Part shown: piece after piece, positions 58,933 through 64,000 of the stretch
Numbering within the stretch: position 1 is the stretch's first letter
Layout: every line of letters starts with the position of its first letter
DNA from: Emiliania huxleyi CCMP1516
Lineage: Eukaryota
Direction: 5' to 3'
Assembly (NCBI RefSeq): GCF_000372725.1
Contig: NW_005202428.1
Span: 524,679 to 588,678 of the forward strand
DNA length: 64,000 bases
Made by a program: the position numbers and the translations under genes
Notes under the pieces: model-generated
The model's input: only the letters and a program-made list of their open reading frames with translations
What the model was told of the DNA's origin: nothing
Databases searched by the model: none

Positions 58933-59472
58933 ATGCAATTCGGCCAGGGCGGGGGCGGGGCCGTCAGCGTGTGCATGCCCGTCCGGTCCGGCCAAGAGTC
59001 TCCGCGGCTGCACCTCGGCAGCGTCCGTGTCGACTTCATGGACACGCATCCAGCATACTGCACGGTAAACAAGTTTGCCTTCTGCTACGCCAAGTGCGAG
59101 GTTCTCCAGCGGATGACGTCAAAGATGCTGCGAGGCACTGCCGCCGTCGCCCTAGAGGCGGCGTGCTCAGAAACCGAAACGGGCGCCCAGCTGATACTGG
59201 TCGTCTGCAATGGAATCGTCGTCGGCAGCGTCGGTGGAGAGACGGCTGCGACGCTCGCCGGCGCGATTGCCGCGGGCGAGCTCGATCTCGTGGGCGGCAA
59301 CAGGGCACCCTCGTGGAGCGAGGCCGACTTTGACGTGTTTCTCCTCGGCCACCGCAGAGCGGGCGCCGCGTGCGAGTGGGCGGAGCGGCTGAGCGCGCGC
59401 TGCGATGGCTTCGAGGCGCACGTCTGGGCCGAGAAGAGAGACTGCTCTAGCGGAACCTGCGAGTGCTGTTAG
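58933..59472 (+). CDS. Hypothetical protein, weak HIRAN-like core
   Basis: Complex 179-aa ORF. LILVVCNGIVVGSVGGETAATLAGAI loosely resembles the HIRAN I-x-V..G..VG.....A..LA pattern. Confidence 0.35.
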   Translation: MQFGQGGGGAVSVCMPVRSGQESPRLHLGSVRVDFMDTHPAYCTVNKFAFCYAKCEVLQRMTSKMLRGTAAVALEAACSETETGAQLILVVCNGIVVGSVGGETAATLAGAIAAGELDLVGGNRAPSWSEADFDVFLLGHRRAGAACEWAERLSARCDGFEAHVWAEKRDCSSGTCECC

Positions 59473-59927
59473 TGATGTTGTGCGTCGCGCATTGGAGCGG
59501 CCGTCGCCCCTCGTGCGTCGTGGAGAGACAATACTGACGTATGCCGGGGAGCTCCGGGACACGGCCGGGACAGTGGGAGATCCCACCGATCGAGATCTCC
59601 AGATGATCCGGATGTGTTCATGCATGTCTAATTTGTATAAACGATTGTATACGTGTATACGCCGCGCGCAGTTCCAAAACCCGCCCACCATATCTTTCCT
59701 CCAGCACACCAGGCACGACCCTCGACTGCGTGGCGAGCGCGAAAAATCCGGCGTCCGAACGCCGCGCCGCGCGGGCGCATGGCGCCACCGGAGCCGGAGC
59801 CGGAGCGAGCTTTGCTCTGGAGCTTGACGCGCCTCGAGGCAAGCTGGACTTGAAAGGCGCAAGCAAGAGGCGAGGCGGCCTCGCGGCCCTGCCCGCGCAG
59901 AGAGAACGGCGGCCACCCTTTCCGCCG

Positions 59928-60455
59928 TCAGCAGCGCGCCTTTGCGAGGGAGTAGAGGAAGACGCCGCCGATGGCGACGGCGGATCCGAGCGCGCCGGCA
60001 GGAGTGAGCGGGTTGCGGAAGACGACGAGGGAGATGAGGATGACGGCGACGCGCCTATGGGAGTCGAACCGATGGGGAGTGAATCGCTGCGTGAGGTGCA
60101 CGGAGTGCCCTGCCGAGAGGCAGAGGGGAGGGGAGGCAGAGGGGAGGAGAGGAGGGGAGGCAGAGGGCAGCGGAAGACGCGCTTGTGACGGTATGTTGGC
60201 TCGAATCTCGGCGGTATCTCGGCGGTATCTCGGCGGTATCTCGGCGGTATCTCGGCACGCGCTTGACGGTGTTGGCGACGGCGTGCGTCACCGGGTGAAC
60301 CTACATGGCGAGATCTCGCCGAGATCTCGCCAAGATCTCGCCGAGATCTCGCCGAGGTGCGGGCGACGGCGTAGGGCTCGCCGACGAGAGGGCGAGGAAG
60401 GCGCACTCATTGTAAAAGTAGTGCGACGTGCCTATCACAGCAGGAATATGGGAGT

Positions 60456-60487
<32 letters not shown>

Positions 60488-61671
60488 CAGTAGTAGCAGT
60501 AGTAGTAGTAGTAGTAGGAGCAGGAGCAGGGTGGGGGTAAGTAAGTAAGTAAGTGAAGTTGTGCAGTAGCGAAAGTAGTGCGACGTGCCGAGGAGCAGCA
60601 GCTGGCGTGCGAACGTGCGGCGGCCCATCTTTTCGACGGTCGCGGCGGTGCCTGGCGGCAAGACGGTGTGGGTGAGGTGTGGGCGAGGTGTGGGTGAGGT
60701 GTGGGCGAGAGGTGGAGGTGTGGGTGAGGTGAGGGCGAGAGGTGTGTGGGCGAGAGGTGGAGGTGTGGGCGAGGTGTGGGCGAGAGGCTTGGGCGAGGCG
60801 AGTGCCCGCGGCGATGCGAGGCCCCTCGACGAGAGCGGCGACGGGGAGGCAGCCGAGGAGGGCCATGAGGGTGAGCACTCCGTACAGGTTCTGCGAGGTG
60901 AGGTTCGAGCCTACAGACGGCGGGAGAGACACGTCCGAGACACGTCCGAGACACGTCCGAGTCGAGGCGCGGGCACGAGGGGAGGGGGAGGCACGAGCCG
61001 ATGTCTCCGCCCGACATGACGCTCTTGGCGGCGATGGCGCGCAGCGCAAAGGCGACGTTGGAGAGGAGGCCTAGACACTTGCGAGACACTCGCTAGACAC
61101 TTGGTAGACACTGCCAGACGAAGGCGACGTTGGAGAGGAGGCCTAGACACTTGCGAGACACTCGCTAGACACTTGGTAGACACTGCCAGACGGAGGCGAC
61201 GTTGGAGAGGAGGCCGGAGGTGAGCGAGACGGCGGAGAAGGAGACCTGGCGGTGTCGGAAGGAGGTGGATGTGAGGGCCACGGGCCGGTGTGGCCAGGCA
61301 CGTTGTGCCGAGGGTGCTTGGGCAGTGTGTCTAGGAAGTGTCTGCGCAGTGTCTCTGGCAGTGTCTAGGAAGTGTCTAGGCAGTGTCTAGGAGGTGTCTG
61401 TGCAGTCCCGAGGAAGTGTCTAGGCATTGTCTGGAGGTGTTAAGGAAGTGTGTCTATGGCGGAGTGAGCCTCCGAGGCAGAGGCGAGGCAGACGCCGAAG
61501 ACGACGGGCAGCAGCGAGAGGTAGACGGGGAGAGGGAAGGTCTGGCCGAGCAGCAGCGCCGAGAAGGCGCAGGTGAAGAGCGGCTCGAGTGTCTTGACGA
61601 CCTACAAGGCCAGAGGCGAGCCGGTGCTGTGTCCCGCAGGCCGGCGAGGGCTGGGGGCGGAGGAGGGAGAG

Positions 61672-61769
<98 letters not shown>

Positions 61770-62287
61770 CGGCGGACGTTTGTGAAGGCGACAGTCCCGT
61801 ACGCGGGTGCGACGGTGGAAAGGAGGTGGCCCGCCGCGAGGCAGGAGGCGACCGGGACGAGCTTCCGCACGTCATTCGCGTCGAGCGACGGCGGCGACCG
61901 CAGCCGCAGCCGCTTCTCGCCTCCGAGCGGCAGCGGCGTCCAGAGCAGCAGCACAGAGAGTGCTCCGACGGCGAGCTGTGCGGCGGCCGAGGTGCACGGG
62001 AAGTTCCACGCCGAGAGGACCTGCTTGTTGGCGATCGAGTAGACGATCGAGAAGAGGTACCAGCACGTGAAGGCGAGCGGGATCTTGAGCTGGCGCAGCA
62101 GCTTTGGCGAGCCGGCCCCGCCCTGCAGCCGCCGCACCGCAGCGCGGCCCTCGTTGACAGGCCGCGGCGCATTGAGCCCGTCGAGGCGCCGCCGCTGCTG
62201 CAGCGCCGAGCGTGGCGCGGGTCGATCGGCCGAAGCAGCGCCGAGCAACGCTGCGACGACGGCGAGAGTGGTGTATCTCAGCCTCAT
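59928..62287 (-). CDS. Plastid phosphate translocator family (TPT/PPT/GPT-like) with signal + transit peptide, multi-exon
   Basis: [91 protein letters not shown]. Confidence 0.9.
61674..61763. repeat. (GA)n microsatellite in translocator intron
   Basis: Directly visible. Confidence 0.95.
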
Positions 62288-63671
62288 GTCGCTGGAAACG
62301 ATAGCAAAAAAAATAACGCACGGGCCCTCAGCGGAGCTGGGAATAGGACCGCCGCGAGCGGCGTGGCGTGGAGCGGTTGAGCATCCCTCCGGGGGCCCCT
62401 CTGCGCCGGGGAGGCGTTGTTGGAGGCTAGGACGCAAGCGTCCGTCGCCCTTTTTCAAACTCGGGGCCCACTCCGCTACGCTCCGACCCGAATTTGGAGG
62501 GCCTAAAAGTTTAAGGTGTTGCTGCGCAAAAGGGGAAGACGCTCCACGCACAAAAAGTATATGTATCAGTTCTTACGAACGTACTTCCTCTTAGGCGGAC
62601 CCTCCCGATGCCAGTAACTTGCGGTTGTGAACAGGGTCGTTTAGAGGAATAACGTGAACTCGATCGTAGTGTAGGCCCAGCCCATCAGAGAATCGAGGCC
62701 ACTGGCCTCTGCTCCCGCCTGGGATCGCCCATTGCGACCCAGAGCTAAGAGAGACATCGCGAAAACCGCGCCAATAAGTTGTTGCCGATAAGTTCGCCCA
62801 ACGGCGGCGCGGCGTGCAATAATTGCAAATAGGAAACCGCGCCAGACCGGCGGCGCCGAAGTGGAACGGCGCCTCGCACGGCGGACACCAGCAATATTAA
62901 TAATTGACTTGAGCCGCCATGGTAGGACGCCGCCCTGAATGATGACGGCAAAGCAACCCGAATAATAATAGCCATTGCTCCCTCAGTGTAAACGACTGTG
63001 AATACCGAACTCCCCCATTCACACCTAGTCACCGTGGCCCAACTGGGGTCAAGCCTGCAGGACGCATGCGGCCAACAACGCTATTCGTGCGGAAGAGCCA
63101 CTGCAAGCGGACTGTGCCCCCTGAGCCAATGCGGCGGCGAATTGCAAAGCGCATACAAAAGTCGGGGTCGCAGAGAGCGTCGCGCAGCAGTTGAGCATGC
63201 TCGTCGGTCGCGTTGTTTAGGACGCCACGCCAATTATCTGCGCGCCCATCTGTTGCCTGGCATCCCCGGCGAATTCGTCGCTCGTGATCAGCTCCGCTGC
63301 CGCTCGGAGCAACCAGTGCCGTGTCGAGATGAAGCTCCGCGACGACGCCCGTGGACTGCACGCGCAGGGAGAGGCGCATGAGCTCCCGCACGGCAAGCGA
63401 CTTCTCGGCATGCGCCGCCTGACCGCTGACGCCTGTCGGCATCCCATTCTTGCAAGCAAGCCATTTCTACCGACCGCGTATTTGGTCGCGGAGAGGACGT
63501 TTTGGTACGTTTTGGCACCAGCTGAAGGCTTGCGTCCGCAAAAGCCCGTTGCCAACCCCCTTTTTGCCGGAGTCTCGCGAATCAATTGGCCTCCGCTCAA
63601 GGTGTGAACATATTCGCTGCGGTCAAAAACTAAGCTGCCTGTGGTCGTTCTCAGGGCGGCTCGCACAGCGC

Positions 63672-63738
63672 CCACACACGCACACACGCACACGCACACG
63701 CACACGCACGCGCACGCGCACACGCACACGCACGCACG

Positions 63739-63782
<44 letters not shown>
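63672..63782. repeat. (CA)n/(CACG)n microsatellite
   Basis: Directly visible. Confidence 0.95.
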
Positions 63783-63783
<1 letters not shown>

Positions 63784-64000
63784 GAATCCTTATCAGCTGG
63801 TCGGCCGCCATTCGGGCCTCCCGGCCTGCTGCGGCGGCGCGGCCGGTCGGTCGAGGCCCCGGGCTCGGCCCGGCCCGCGACGGCTGGCCGCCGACGAGCG
63901 CGCTCGCGCTGCTCGTCAAGATGGCGGCGGTGGCGATTGCGGCGACGGTCGTTCAGCGTCGTACAGCGCTCAGGCGTCTGTCATCTGTCGTCTGTTGTCG

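Noticed and set aside
63029..64000. Minus-strand gene at the window end
   Set aside because: Coding-like fragments lie in inconsistent frames with no recognisable domain, so the evidence is insufficient.

Overview
GC-rich eukaryotic nuclear DNA, most likely a haptophyte such as Emiliania/Gephyrocapsa huxleyi. This is an inference from the GC content, GC/GA-donor introns filled with 10-11 bp tandem repeats and plastid/thylakoid-targeted genes. There are three assembly gaps (1266-1611, 31706-31805, 46829-46928). Recognisable genes are tubulin-folding cofactor B, an ankyrin-kinase-RING locus, malonyl-CoA decarboxylase, a JmjC oxygenase, a PAP2 phosphatase, a very large secreted mosaic protease (subtilisin + HEXXH + trypsin + pacifastin), a mitochondrial 2-oxoglutarate/malate-type carrier, Las1, ES1/GATD3, GST, a broken carboxylesterase fused to a partial GST duplicate, lipoate-protein ligase, two tandem RCC1 genes, a broken L-2-hydroxyglutarate dehydrogenase, a BTB gene, a TAT-type thylakoid protein and a plastid phosphate translocator. 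Two non-autonomous DNA transposons with terminal inverted repeats and flanking direct repeats lie at 54.7-56.6 kb and 57.9-58.9 kb. The most striking cross-cutting signal is that many introns begin with a copy of the start of the following exon, which would explain their non-canonical GC/GA donors. Exon boundaries were read by eye and are approximate, and no database searches were run.
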